From Carcharhinus amblyrhynchos (lineage: Eukaryota): 64,000 nt of DNA. Positions 39,700 to 52,480 of this stretch are shown one piece after another. The stretch spans positions 42,470,001 through 42,534,000 of the forward strand of contig OZ336872.1 in the NCBI GenBank assembly GCA_965287045.1. Direction: 5' to 3'. Positions within the stretch are counted from its first letter, which is position 1; the number at the start of each line of letters is the position of its first letter. The notes under the pieces were generated by a model. It ran no database searches. It had not been told where the DNA came from and saw only the letters and a list, made by a program, of their open reading frames with translations. The translations under genes were made by a program, and so were the position numbers.

Positions 39700-40830
39700 A
39701 AAGGTAACACCACATTCTAGAATGCATACTCCACATGAGTTCTGACCAAGATTGTGTACAATTGAAGCTTAACATTTTACTCCAATCCTCTTTTAGGTAA
39801 AGGCCAACATTCAGTTAGCCTTTTCTGATTATTTTTTGTACTTATTTATTAGCTTTTAGTGATTTGTGTACATTAACACCCAAATTTCAGCTTGTCACTC
39901 TTTAGAAAATATTCTGACATCTCCATCTCGGATCTAATATGGGTGATCTCATACTTCACCACATTGAATTTGGGGGTCGGTTTAGTTCAGTTGGCTGGTC
40001 AGCTGCTTAGTGATGCAGAGCGACAGCAACAGTACGGGTTTAGTTCCTATATCATTTGAGGTTATTCAAGACAGCCCTATCTTCTCAATCTTTTCCCTCA
40101 TTTGAGGTGTAGTGATCCACAGGTTAAATCACTATCAGTCCTTTGAAGGGGAAAGCAGCTGATGGTGATCTGGGACTATGACAACTTTACATTGAAATTC
40201 ATTTTCTGTAGTATTGTACATTCATTTAATTTGTCTATATCCCTTTGGATCTTCCTCCTGCAAACATTGTACCTCCTAACTTAGTACCAGCTGTAAACTT
40301 GGATACACAACTCAATTTCTTCATCAAGTTCATTGACAAAGATAATGAAAAGCTGAGATACCAGTAAAGATCTCTCTGGAACACTACTTATGACCACCAG
40401 TCAGAAGACATCCCCTTTATCCATACTCACTGTTTCCTCTATCCCAATCACTTACCAAACATTGCCACAAGGTTAACTCCATTTCTGTGTGCTCTTATTC
40501 TTGTTAATAATCTTGTGCATGTATCAAATACCTGATGGGAGTCTATTTTGAAAACATATATAGATGCTCCCCCATCCACCCATATTAATGATCATCCCAA
40601 AAAGTTCAACTAGGCTACTCAGGTCTTCAGAAATCTATGTTGACTCCCTGTTCAGCTCATACTTCTTCAAGCACTCATTCCATCTCTGATAACTTTTCCA
40701 TAATTGATGTTAAACCAACAACTTTCTCGTTGTCAGATTTCTCTGATCCTAAATAATGGAGTGACATTTGCAATTTTCTAATCCAAAGGCACAATTCTTG
40801 AATCTAGAAAGCTTGAGAAAATACATCTGC
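39700..40830 (-). mobile_element. Older CR1 LINE relic interrupted by a SINE
   Basis: taaaggccaacattcagttagcctt, cctaacttagtaccagctgtaaactt (degenerate KFADDTKL on the minus strand), ggagtgacatttgcaatttt. Confidence 0.65.
39972..40188 (+). mobile_element. tRNA-derived SINE (second family) with TSD
   Basis: gggggtcggtttagttcagttggctgg head; acattgaa duplicated at 39961-39968 and 40189-40196. Confidence 0.75.
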
Positions 40831-41577
40831 AATAATAAGAACCAATAACTGACATAACATGATCTCATGGTTTATCTGCCCTCTCTGCAGAACATTCTGT
40901 GGTCCATCAGCAAATGATGAGTTTGTGTTTTACTTAAGGTATTCAAAGGACTGGAAGAACTTTTATGACAGCCATATTTTTCCATCTGTGGACAGGAAGT
41001 GACCTCTTTACCTCTGCATTGTAGCAGGACTGATGTGAACATATCTACTTCTTTTGACAGCTCAACCATCTTATCAAACAAGAATAAAATTGAGAAAAAA
41101 AATCTAATGCTTTCTTCTTTAGGCAGTCAATTAGCTTTCCTGCGGCAAATAAGGATAAGAATATTTTTAAAAAGCATCGTATTTGTAAGCATGTTTGGAT
41201 TCTTCATTGCACTCTGCACAACCTCTCACCCTGAGCGGTAGATTTTCTATGCCATTCCTGAATGTGTTATGTTCACAAGTCCAGTGTTGTGAACAGCCTT
41301 TTGGTACATAATTCAAGTGACTGTTTCTCCCATGTGTATCTACACAAAGGGTATCCGCAGATTATGTGATTTTGAGAGGCAGGACAGCAAAGTCTAATCT
41401 TGTCCTCCTCTGAAGTTGCCATTCAGTAAAGATATCTGGATAGCAATCAGAAAAAGGAACACTGTCCAAGGAAGTTAATTCTCCCATCAATATTCAGCAA
41501 TGACTAAAGAAATATTTCCCTTCCTTCCCAATGTAGACAAATATTAACCTAGGTTTGCCTCTCTGCCAAAAGATATT

Positions 41578-42650
41578 GGGGATGATTCTCCCAGTCCACT
41601 GCACTGCTCTAGCTGGGAGACTGAACTGGAGGCCGCATAGTGCGCTGTCCGCTGGGTGCCATGACCTCCGTGAGTCTCCGGAAGCCGGATTCCGGCACCG
41701 TCAGGAATTGGTGCGGAGCTGTATAAATTATTCTAATGAGGATTTGAATCTGATTAATGGGTCCAGGACTGAAGTCTCCTTGCGTGTAGAATCTTCCCCT
41801 CCTCCCCAACCCACCAGGACTGGTGCAGTCCAGCAGAGTTTAGTATAGCTTCCAACTAACTGGCAGCCTGACCCTGCTGGAGTGAAGGACGATATAGAGG
41901 ACACCTAAGGGGTCAAGGCTAAGGGTGTTGTCCCCTGGGCAGTGCCAGCTTGGCCCACCAGGTATCGGGCAGTGCCGAGGTGGGGGGCGGGGGGGCAGAG
42001 AGGGTGGGGCCTACTGGGGGCAGGGCCTTAGGGGGAGGATTGGTGGGGGTTGAGGGGGGGGATCTCGCTGCCAAACTGCACTTGGGCTTGGCCACAGAGG
42101 GAGAAAGGCCAGCAATTTGGGTGGGGGAGGTGGGGGCGACCTGCCAGAATTGGGACTGCGAGAGTGGAGGGAGTCAAGACTGGTTGGGAGGGTGGTTGGA
42201 GTTGCTGGTGGTGTGGGGGACAGATCAGGACTGCCAGTGGGTGGGGAGATTGGGCCTGCTGAGAGTGATGAGATTGAGCCGGGCTGGGGGGTGGGTGGGG
42301 GGGAGTTGAGGCTGGTCCAGACATGGCCAAGATGCTAGTGATCGGTCCATGGCTGGATCAGTAGGACAGCGAAGGCAGGTCATCTGGCTGCCCAGCAATT
42401 GGGAAACTGGAAGTGAAGGGCCACTGTGCACACGCTAATCCCAGTGCTGACATTAGCACGTGTGCAGTAGCCTGCTTACCACTATGCTCCTGGCTTCTCC
42501 AGTGAGAATAGATCCCACCTACTGATTTTTAACAGGATTTACGCTAGTCCACTCTGCAGCGCACAGAGTGTGGGAGATTCATTTTGAAACTCCCGCTATT
42601 TACCCCAGTTTTTACTTGAACCTGAGAATTCTTTTGGGAAACGCTCCTCC
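41578..42650. mobile_element. GC-rich non-autonomous DNA transposon
   Basis: Begins ggggatgattctccca; G-tract interior; gggcagtgcc motifs shared with 44500-44770; internal hairpin at 42424-42467. Confidence 0.6.
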
Positions 42651-44499
42651 TGATGTCCAGTCCCTGAAAAGCTTCTGATCGCCCTATATTTAATCCAATT
42701 GGCTACTTTTCATGTATCATAGTTAGTGAGCATTGATATGTTACTGTCACAGTCATGTTGAATGTAACTAAATAGTTAAATCATAATGAATTTATCTTCT
42801 CCAGTTCAAAGGTGGAGATTAATTGAAGCACGATAGTCTATTGGTAACTGCCAACATAACTTCCTGATTTGTATGGTTCAGCTACATAGAAGATGTTAAT
42901 GGAAGTTTTCCTCTCTTATTTAAAGCTTCATGGGTTTATCAACTGAGCTATTGGGAAAGCTATGGATTTTCTATGCATGAAGTCAATTTTCCATTTCACT
43001 TCAGGCAATAAGCTGAAAAATGCTTGATGGTATTCATTATTTGACAATGACAACAGATTGCATTTAACACCCTAAAGCACTTCGAATTGGAATAACATGG
43101 GGAGCAGATCCAGAGTCATAGGAGAAAGTTTCGGAAACGTGACTGAGCACTTATTTGGAAGTAAACATTGAAGGAGCTTTTATGGGAGTACCCAAAATTA
43201 GAAAGGAGATCGTTTAGAGATAGCAATTCATAGAAAAGAGGCAATATAACTGGAAACCTCCTAACTGTCATTTGATCTCTTGAAATTTCAGTAGAGCCAT
43301 AAGCATTAAGCCATACCAGTCTTTGGATGCCTCCCTACATTGTTTCAATAATAGATTTAATAAATAGGGTGAGGGAGCGTGTAGACAACGAGACTGAGAA
43401 TCCTATTCAGCAATAAAAAATATCTAAGGAGCAGTTTAAGTGGAATTTCTACATTGGTGCCTAACTGTTCGAATGGTCACACTGTGTGAATTTTCAGTTG
43501 AGATTTTTGGATGAGTTAGTAAAGCTACCAATCATGTCCATAGAATAAACATACTTCATGACCTCAAGTTTTAGGTCCCTGTGAAATTAAAGAATCTAAC
43601 AAAAAAATGACCCGGAATGTTATCTCCTGCAATGAGAGTTTGTGTGTGTGGACATGCAGCTGTTTTGGAAAATTGAAGCCAAGTGACTTGTCCCATTATT
43701 GGATTTTCAACAATTTTTGTTTATATATATAAAAAAGACATTTTCTGCTTTTCTCACACCATAGTTTACAATCTTTTTCGTTAAGTTGTTTATTCAATGA
43801 ACATAAGACCTAACAACATAATTTCAAAGTTCTGGTGGTTAATAGGATACGTATATAAACCACATGTTCCGAAGTCTAAATTATACCATTTTATTGCCAA
43901 ATGTCTGCTACCTCTTGTTTTCATGGAAACAGTTTCACTGAATGTGGTCATGATATTGCAAGAAGAATGACTGAGAGGCAACACATGAATTCTAAGTCAT
44001 CCCCAGAATGACAGGACTAGGAGCATTGTAAGCTAGTTGTGAATTAGAATGGAGAATTCAGGATCTTTTATCATTGCAGCACTGAAATTGCACTTTACCA
44101 TATTCATAAGGAGCACATTAGCACATTAAATGATTTAACAAAGGCGCTACCTCATTTATCCTAGACTGATTAATGCCTTTATGACAATGGCAGAAAGGAA
44201 AAAAATCATATGTGTGTTAATGTGTTTGGTACTGTTATGAAATTTCAAACTCTTGGATCTTTAAGAATAAAAAACATACTGCTTAGGGTATAAAAATATT
44301 TGCTTTTAGTTGTTTAAGATTGGTGAAATTTACCTTCAGGCTTCCATCCTGAACTTCTTTCATTATATCTGGTGAAGGGTGTGCTTCAAACAACTGATTT
44401 GGCCCTAACCCTAACCCTACTGCAGGGAAGCTTGTGGCGAAGACTCGATTAGATTGCAGGCAATATAAATTAATCTTTATCCCTCCTTGAATGTTCAAT

Positions 44500-44770
44500 T
44501 CCTGATGGTGGACTTGAACTGCCCACTTGTTAAATATGTCTGGTTAGGCAGCCAGCATGGAGGATGGCTAGAGATTCAGGGTTAAGAAGGGGTGTCCCCT
44601 GGGCTTTGCCAGGTTGGAGGTCCTCTGGCACTGCCCAAGGAGCAAAGTGGCAATACCTAGGAGCATCTTGGCATTTGACTGCCCACTGGGCATCAGGCAG
44701 TGCCAAGGATGTGGGGTCTAATAGGGGACAGGGTCTCGGGGGAGATTGGTCGGGGTGGACTACTATTGAA
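44500..44770. mobile_element. Fragment of the 41578 family
   Basis: gtgtcccctgggc...ggcactgccc...ggcagtgccaagg resembles 41925-41980. Confidence 0.5.
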
Positions 44771-45204
44771 CTGCCACCTGAGGTCTATTTTGATACTGAT
44801 CGCTTGTTGCAAAACTCACAGAACATAGTTCCATTTTGAAAGTTTTACAAAGAATATTGGCTGAGTTGAATCCCTCAGATTCTGAGTTCATTGCACTGAG
44901 TAGCTCCTTTTCTATAAAAAAATTCTCATACTGTAGTATCTCAGAAAAGACTATCATTATCAGTAAAAACAAAGATCAACCCAAAATATTTTTCAATAAC
45001 TGTCCTTGAAAAATTATTAACTAGGAACCATTGAAAATATTCCTTCACCACACTCAGTGTTCATAAAATAGGTCTGATTACAGGAATATTATGAAATAGC
45101 TGCAGAATCCAGTAAACCAAAGACATTTACAGGACAAGGCAGGGCAGGATGGGGGTGAGGGGGCTGGGCATTCAACCCATTGTGTTGTAGCGAAAGCAAT
45201 CAAA

Positions 45205-46000
45205 AACTAATCATGCTGCCCCACTGCCACCTTACAGCTTTGTATCTTTCCCTGCTTCAAATATTTATCCAATTTTCCCTGAAAAGATCCAATGACCTCT
45301 GCCTGTGGCAAAGCATTCCACGCTTCAACAAGCTGCTGTACAAAGACAGTTTTTCTATACACTCTCACTCTTCAAGTTGATATTTCTATTTTTCCTCAGG
45401 TTGGATAGTCAGTGACCTCCTCATCACTGATTATTCAACTAAAGGAAATGGCCTAACACCATCCATTCTACCAAAATGCCTCATTGTTTCAAAAACTTCT
45501 ATTAAATCTTATCTTAGACATCTTTGCTTCAGTGGAAATCGTCCTACAAGCCCCATAAGAATGGCACAGTGACACATTGGTTAGCACTGCTGCCTCACAG
45601 TGCCAGGGATCCAGGTTCAATTCCGGCCTTGGGTCTCTGTGCGGAGCCTGCATGTTCTCCTCGTGTCTGAATGGGTCTCCTCCAGAAGCTCCGGTTTCCT
45701 CCCATAGTCCAAAGATGTGCGTGCTAGGTTGACTGGCTATGCTAAATTGCCCCTTAGTGTCAGGTGGATTAACAGGGTAAATGTGTGGGGTTACGGGAAT
45801 AGAGATTGGATGGGATTGTACTCGGTACAGACTCGATGGGTTGAATGGCCTCCTTCTGCATTGTAGGGATTCTGTGATTCTATGAAGTCTCTCATCACAT
45901 CCACAGTTTCCCATCCCTGGTATCATCTGGTGAATGTGGATTCACAATGGCGTTAATGCCCTCTCGGTAATGAGGCAAACAGCACTGCACTCAATGCTTG
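45205..46000 (-). mobile_element. Old CR1 3' relic interrupted by a SINE
   Basis: atatttatccaattttccctgaa, ggcaaagcattcca, catccctggtatcatctggtgaat (minus strand FTRxIPGM-like). Confidence 0.7.
45562..45884 (+). mobile_element. HE1-like V-SINE, tail type A
   Basis: Head, V-domain and gattctgtgattctatg tail. Confidence 0.93.
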
Positions 46001-47660
46001 TACTATAATTTAAAAAATAATTTGGATCAGGTTTTCATTTCTTCTGTTTTTTGCAGCCCCCCAACAATTATTGTAAATACTCAATTTCTAATTTATTACA
46101 TTTTATTTTATTAAATAATTCTCAGGAAGTGGGTGGCAGTTATCCATCATTCATTGCCTTTAAGAAGGTGATAGAGTTTGACTTTATACTTAGGAGGCTA
46201 TAGTTTAAGAAAATAATCATCTTGGTCCAAGTTTCAAGGAGAAATAGATCATTCAAGTCTCCATAGCAGTAATACCCCCAGATTGGTTTGCAAGAATCTT
46301 GATGAGGCACATCCTTTGCCAAGGCTCTTTAATAAAAGTAAGGGTAAAAGGTATTTGCTATGGTAAAACTTGAAGAATTTGATCTGAAAATTATCTTATG
46401 ACTTCTGAGGCCAGGAGAAATCGTTACTCGAACCTCTATTGCATATCAAAGTTTAACACTTACACCATTAAATATTGTGAATTAAGGAGACAACAATTTG
46501 CCATTTCAATTTTGTAACTCTTGATAGATTTGAGAAAAATGTCCTTTCAATGGTTCAGTCTCATGTTTACTTTATCCTATTATCCCATACATCCTATTTA
46601 GTTGCTAAGAGTTCACACATATCCAGTATAATAGAATTAAAATCCATTTATTTTTATTAAAGGTTTATTTGCAGTCAGATTTCTGTTCTGAAGCCAGTGC
46701 AATTTCTGTGCATAGAAAATTGCATCTGAGAATGTAATTATTACAGAGGCAAGGCATGTGCAAACAATATATTCAGCATGAAATTATTCTGAGTATGTGT
46801 TCAGGCTGGTCTGTGAAGGAATCCCATCGAAGGCACAGGGCTGACATCTAGTGTTTTCAGTTAGAATTGCAGTGTCAGCAATAACTGGTTGGACCGAAAC
46901 ACTCAAATCAGTGGGTGGGGGATTTTTACTGCCAGTGGGTTTCTGGGGGCAGAACCGTTGGTTTCCATTAGTTTCCCGCCTTCTGCAGAATGTAGCCATG
47001 ATGATTTTGACTCTTCATTAGCATGAAATGGTGGAAATTATCTGTTGATTTAAAGAAATTTGAGCATTTCCTGGCTGCTCGCCAGTGTACAGCTACATAT
47101 GGGGAGCAGCTTTCCAGAGGGAGCTTCCTCCTGGTATAGAAAGTGATGCAAGGAAAGCCTGTGGCTGTGGAGGCCAAAACCTTCCTTGTAAAGCCTGAAA
47201 GGGCATTCCTGCTCTTCCTGAACCCACAAAAAAAGTGAAAAAAAAGAACAGTCCTGTATGGACTCTGCTCCTTCTCATGTGGCTTTACTTGGTGGGAATA
47301 TTTTTCCTGTTCAGATTGGAAGTTAAGATTGGATTTGGGGAAACAATTAATCACAAATTTCTGATCTACATGTTTAAAGCAATAACCTGCCAAGTTGAAC
47401 ACCTCAAAAGAGCAGATTAACATTGAAGACAACAGCAACCAGGCATGACGTTGGCAAATAAGTCACTTGTCAACCTTATCTTCCTTCCTTCCTATTTTTC
47501 ACCAGACAGATAGGAATAAAATTGGTCCCCCTATATAATTTCCTAATGGGTTCCTATTCAGTTGCTAAATCTGACTAGAATCTCCTTCTGTTGAAAAGGA
47601 GACCTACAATGTATCTCAGTGTTACATAGGCATAAATTGAATAACAATCCTCTATTGCTT

Positions 47661-48260
47661 GGATTCTTGTGGCACAGTGGGTAGTGTCCCTGCCTCAGAG
47701 TCAGAAGCTCTGGAATCCAGTCTCACCCCAAGACTTTAGGGTCATGGGAGGTGCATTCATAATGTGTCCAAGAGTGTTGCTTACCAAACTGCAAATGCTT
47801 CCAAAATACATCACAGCGGCATGATAGCACAGTGGTTAGCACTGCTGCTTCACAGCTCCAGGGTCCTGGCTTTGATTCCCGGCTCGGGTCACTGTCTGTG
47901 TGGAGTTTGCACGTTCTCCTTGCGTCTGTGTGGGTTTTCTCCGGGTACTCCGGTTTCCTCCCACAGTCCGAAGATGTGTGGGTTAGGTTGATTGGCCATG
48001 CTAAGAAATTGCCCTTTAATGTCTAGGGATGCATAGGTTAGAGGGATTAGTGGCTATCTTATGGGGGTAGGGCCTGGGTGGGACAGTGTTTGGTGCAGGC
48101 TTGATGGGCCGAAGGGTCTCTTTCTGCACTGTAGGATTCTATGATCTAATACATCAATGGCAAGGGGTGAAACTGTGAGGGATTCTTGGCTAACCATGTG
48201 ATTGAAATAAATTGGAGCATCTACCATCACTATTCATAGCTCAAAGCTACAACATGAATG
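47661..48260 (+). mobile_element. Older tRNA-SINE (third family), split by an HE1-like SINE
   Basis: gtggcacagtgggtagtgtccctgcctcagagtcagaagctctgg head; continues after 48156. Confidence 0.65.
47814..48147 (+). mobile_element. HE1-like V-SINE, tail type A, with 9-bp TSD
   Basis: aatacatca at 47805-47813 and 48148-48156. Confidence 0.95.
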
Positions 48261-48689
48261 GAAACATGCATCTTGTTCAGAGTCTCTGAGCAACCTATAA
48301 CATCCCACCATTACTTCAATTGCTCAGTGAATCAATGTAGTCAGCAACTGAGTGAAGTTCCAGGTTTAGTCTTTGATCTGTCCTGGGGGTGCTATAAATA
48401 ATGCAACAGTCCTTTGGTAGGGAAGGGAAGATTGGCCTGGATCTTCTCAAACTCCTCTTCTAACATGCTCATACTTTTCCATGCCTCAATGCTGTTTCAC
48501 ATTTCTTGCTGGTCTTCCAAGCTGACTTGTCCAGACATGTCAGTGTCCCTTGGAGAATTAAATGGCAGCACTATTGTGTCAGTGGGGAAGAGAAAACACA
48601 CCCTCTTTTTACAGTACTAGCTGCCATTGAATGTCTAATGTGAATGTTAGTGAGTGGATGAGTAGATGAATGCATGAATAAATAGGTAG

Positions 48690-49925
48690 CATGGGTGAGA
48701 TAAGTAGGTAAAGTGGGTAAGGTAGGTGATGCAAGTGTGTACAATGGGTCAGGGGGTTGAGGTAAGTGTGTAAAATGGGTAGGGTAGTGAGATAAGTATG
48801 TGAAGTAGGATGTGTGGGTGAGGTAAGTGTGTAAAGTGGGTTGGGGGGTGAAGTAAGTATGTAAAGTGGGTAGGATGGTGAGGTTAGAACAAAGAACAAA
48901 GAACAACACAGCACAGGAAACAGGCCCTTCAGCCCTACAAGCCCACGCCGCCCATTTTAACACTCAGTGAGTGCCTCATTCCAATTCTTCTTCTACCTAC
49001 GACTTTTGTCTATGCCTCTTGGACTCCACAGTAAAGGGGTGCAAATTTGGAGAATTATATGTGCGCCAGATTAAGGGAGGTCAAATCTAGGGACAATTTG
49101 TTAACACCAATCAGCCTAAAAGCACATTTTTGGGGTGTGGGAGGAAACCGGAGCACCCGGAGAAAACCCACACAAGCACGGGGAGAATGTGCAAACTCCC
49201 ACAGACACCGACCCAATTCGGAGATCCAACCCAGGTCCATGTATCTGCACAGCAAACAGTGATAGTCACTGAGCTGTCGTGTTGCCCATCAATTGGTCCA
49301 GTTTAAGCGTACACTAACGACGTGAAGCACTAGGCAACTCTCGAAGCAACATCCAAGAGCAGCCCTCGCATGACCCACCATGTGTATGCCCCTTATCGGC
49401 CAACAAGGTGGACTGAATCGCCTGTGGATGTAAAAAAAAGAGACATCAATAAACATACAACAGCCTATACAGACATTCACGGAAGGTCCCCAGAAGCTCA
49501 AACCTAAGAGACGGGTAAGCCATAAAATATGTTGGACAGCCCATAGGAATCTATTGATTCCCAGTAACATCCTGAGGCTGGTGTGTAAAATGAGTAGTGT
49601 GGATAAGTGTGTAAAGTGGGTAGTGTGGATGAGGTGTGTATGAAAAGTGATAGTGTAGGTGAGATGTGTGGGTAAAGTTGGTCATGTGGGTGAGATAAGT
49701 GTGTAAAGTGAGTAGTGTGGGTGAGGTAAGTGTGAAAAGAAGGTAGTGTGGGTGAGGTAAAAGTGAAAAGAAGGTAGTGTGAGTGAGGTAAGTGTGTAAA
49801 GTGGTAGTGTGGGTGAGATATGTGGGTAAAGTTGGTTGTGTGGGTGAGATAAGTGTGTAACATGGGTAGGGTGGTGAGGAAGTGTGTAAAGTAGGTAGTT
49901 TGGGTGAGGTAAGTGGGTAACTGGG
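48690..49925. repeat. About 31-bp minisatellite (gtgggtgaggtaagtgtgtaaagtgggtagt), interrupted at 48886-49579
   Basis: Degenerate tandem units on both sides of the insertion. Confidence 0.9.
48886..49287 (-). mobile_element. Variant V-SINE (tail type C, (ttctttg)n end)
   Basis: V-domain gggaggaaaccggagcacccgg; CR1-like tail gggctgaagggcctgtttcctgtgctgt; divergent head and middle. Confidence 0.85.
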
Positions 49926-50099
49926 TCAGGTGGTCAGTGGGTGAAATGTATACTGTGTAGGATGACAGGTAGGTAGGGGATAGTTGGGTCAGGAGAGGGT
50001 ATTTAATCAGGTTGGGTATGTAGCTGGATGGTCAAAGGGGATTTTCAGGTCACGTTGGGTCATGGGGAATAGTTACAGGTTGGAGAGGTGACTTGATTG

Positions 50100-50450
50100 A
50101 AGTAAATGAGATCCTGAATTGACTCAACAAGGTAGACGTGGGAAGATTTTTCCTCTTGTGGCTGAGTCCAGAACAAGGGAACAATTTTAAAATCGGGTGT
50201 CACCCTTTAGGACAATTCTTTTTCGTCAGAGGTTTGTGAGCTTTGGAACCCTCTGCATCAGAAGATGGTGGAGATGAGGAGGTCATTTTTGCAGTAGCTA
50301 GATTCTTGTTAGGCAAGAGAATCAATGGTTATCATGGGTAGATGAGAAAGTGGAATTCAAAACACAAAAAAATTAACCATGATCTTCTTGAAAGGCAGAA
50401 CTGGCTTGAGGGACCAAATGGCCTACTTCTACTCCTGTTAAGTGTGTTTG
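50100..50450 (+). mobile_element. CR1 LINE 3' end
   Basis: aaggtagacgtgggaagatttttcctcttgtgg...agctagattcttgttaggcaag...gggaccaaatggcctact. Confidence 0.82.
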
Positions 50451-50874
50451 TACTTCAGCGTGAGTGATAGGTGGGTCAGTTGTTTAATTACCCTTGAGTT
50501 AGACAGTGACTTTTCTGCCTAACATTTCCTGGGTAAATTTCTAGGCAAGTCCTCTGGAGCTGTCCAAATTATCTGACTCTGACTCAGAGTTGGTGATATT
50601 TTCAGAGGGACCGGGCAGCAGGGGAACTGCCCAAGGAGGCAGGTTCATGACGCACATCTTGGATTGTCGGCCAGATCTCTGACAATCTGGAGGCTGGAAG
50701 ATCTGGACCATTGTTTCCAGTGAACTCACTGGAATTGCATGCATCTGGACATCAGGGTCAAATTGATCTAAACTAAATAACAGGAGCTATCCCTGTGCTG
50801 TAATAGGATCATTGCACTCCTGGTATAGGTACTCAGGTTTTATTTATATCAGACAGAAATGCAGGCAGCTGCTA

Positions 50875-51227
50875 GGAGGCATGGTAGCACAGTGATTAGC
50901 ACTGCTGCCCTAGAGTAGCAGGACACAGGTTTGATTCTGACTATGGATGACTGTGTGGAGTTTGCACGTTCTCCCCATGTCTGCATGGGTTTCCTCTGGG
51001 TGCTGCAGTTTCCTCCCACAGTCCAAAGATATTCAGGTTAGGTGGATTGGGCCATGATAAATTGCCCCTTAATGTCCAAAGATGTATAAGTTAGGGGATT
51101 AGTAAATACATGGGGTTATGGGGATAGGACAAAGATGTGGATCTGGGCAAGATGCTCTGTTAGAGAGTAGGTGAAGCCTTGATAGGTCGAAGGGCCCCCT
51201 TCTGCACTGTAGGGATTCTATGATTCC
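50875..51227 (+). mobile_element. HE1-like V-SINE, tail type A
   Basis: Head, V-domain and gggattctatgattc tail. Confidence 0.92.
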
Positions 51228-52124
51228 TAAGCAGCTCACAGATACTGATCATTTGAGTATCAAGCTGCTTCATCACTGACAGCAGCCCTCTGCGTGGAAA
51301 CGGGAAAACCAGGTTTTGGGAAGGTTGTGAAAGGGAGGAGGAGCGAGCAATAGCCAGAAATGGCCTGTGACTTTAAAGTGAAGTTGTGACGAACATTACT
51401 GGATCTACACTTGAGAAATAATTTATTTTAAAATTGCCTAATTGGGAGTGGAATAATGGTTAGGGCTCATGTAGACCTGGTTTTCCTGAAGGCAGCTGAC
51501 TCATTGCCAAGGTAAAGGAGGTGTCAAACAGTTGTCAGGTCTCATATTTACATACACAAAGGACCTGTATCAAGTTCTGGTCCATACCACATCTTTTATC
51601 CATTTTAATAGGATGAGTGATGTACCCCTAGCACAGAATGGGCTGAATCTAATGGAAATCTAATGGGTATGGTGGTGGCCAAATCCATCAGCTGGAAAAC
51701 TGAATCTGCTGTGCCCATTTTTGGAAGCCCCAACAAAATTTATTGTCAATTGGGCAGTTAATTCCTGCCAACGAGACTTCTGCTTCTTCAAGGGAGGAAA
51801 TCTTATCTCTAAGAGCTGCCAATCAGAGGACAGAAGCTCTCAAGTTCCAGCAGCGTCATTGACAGCAGTGACCACTCTTGGGACTGCAGCAGGCCCGGTC
51901 AGCCACAGTGACAGAGACCCTGGAATCAAGGTGAATTTGTGGTTCTCATGGGACACCAGCAAGTTGGAGGAGAGGCATTCGGTTGTGAGGGTAGGTGACC
52001 CTTGCCACCACAGTGGGTTTGTGAGCTGCAGGATGCACAATCAGGAAGGTGCCTGCACCCTGTGTCCACAGGAAGGCTGCCAGCCTTTTCTTGACAATCC
52101 CCACAATAGTAACAACAACAACAA

Positions 52125-52480
52125 ATTCATATTTATATAGCACCTTTAACATAATAAAAGATCCCAAGGTGTTTCACAGGATCATAAGAAAGTGAATTAT
52201 AACACTGAGCCATGTAAAGACTATTAGGTTAGACGTCCAAATTGCTTAGTCAAAGAGATAGGTTTTAAGGAGCGTCTTAAAGGAAGGAAGCAAGGTAGCG
52301 AGGTGGCGAGCTGTAGGGAGGGAATTCCAGAACCTGGAACCTAGGCAACTTAAGACAAGGGCAACAAAGTTTTGGATGACCAAATATACAGAGAGTAGAA
52401 TGTGGGAAACCAGCCAGGAGAGGGCTGGAATAGTTGAATCTTGAGGAAACAAAGACGTGGATGAAAATGAGCAGCAGGAA
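52125..52480 (-). mobile_element. L2 LINE 3' end
   Basis: Minus strand FWNSLP...SFKTLLKTYLFD* followed by aaaggtgctatataaat tail. Confidence 0.8.

Noticed and set aside
46968-47438. 156-aa ORF, the longest in the window
   Set aside because: Non-ATG start, no recognisable domain and no convincing splice context
48571-49863. His/Thr/Pro-rich repetitive ORFs
   Set aside because: These are translations of the minisatellite, and a 31-bp unit does not preserve frame
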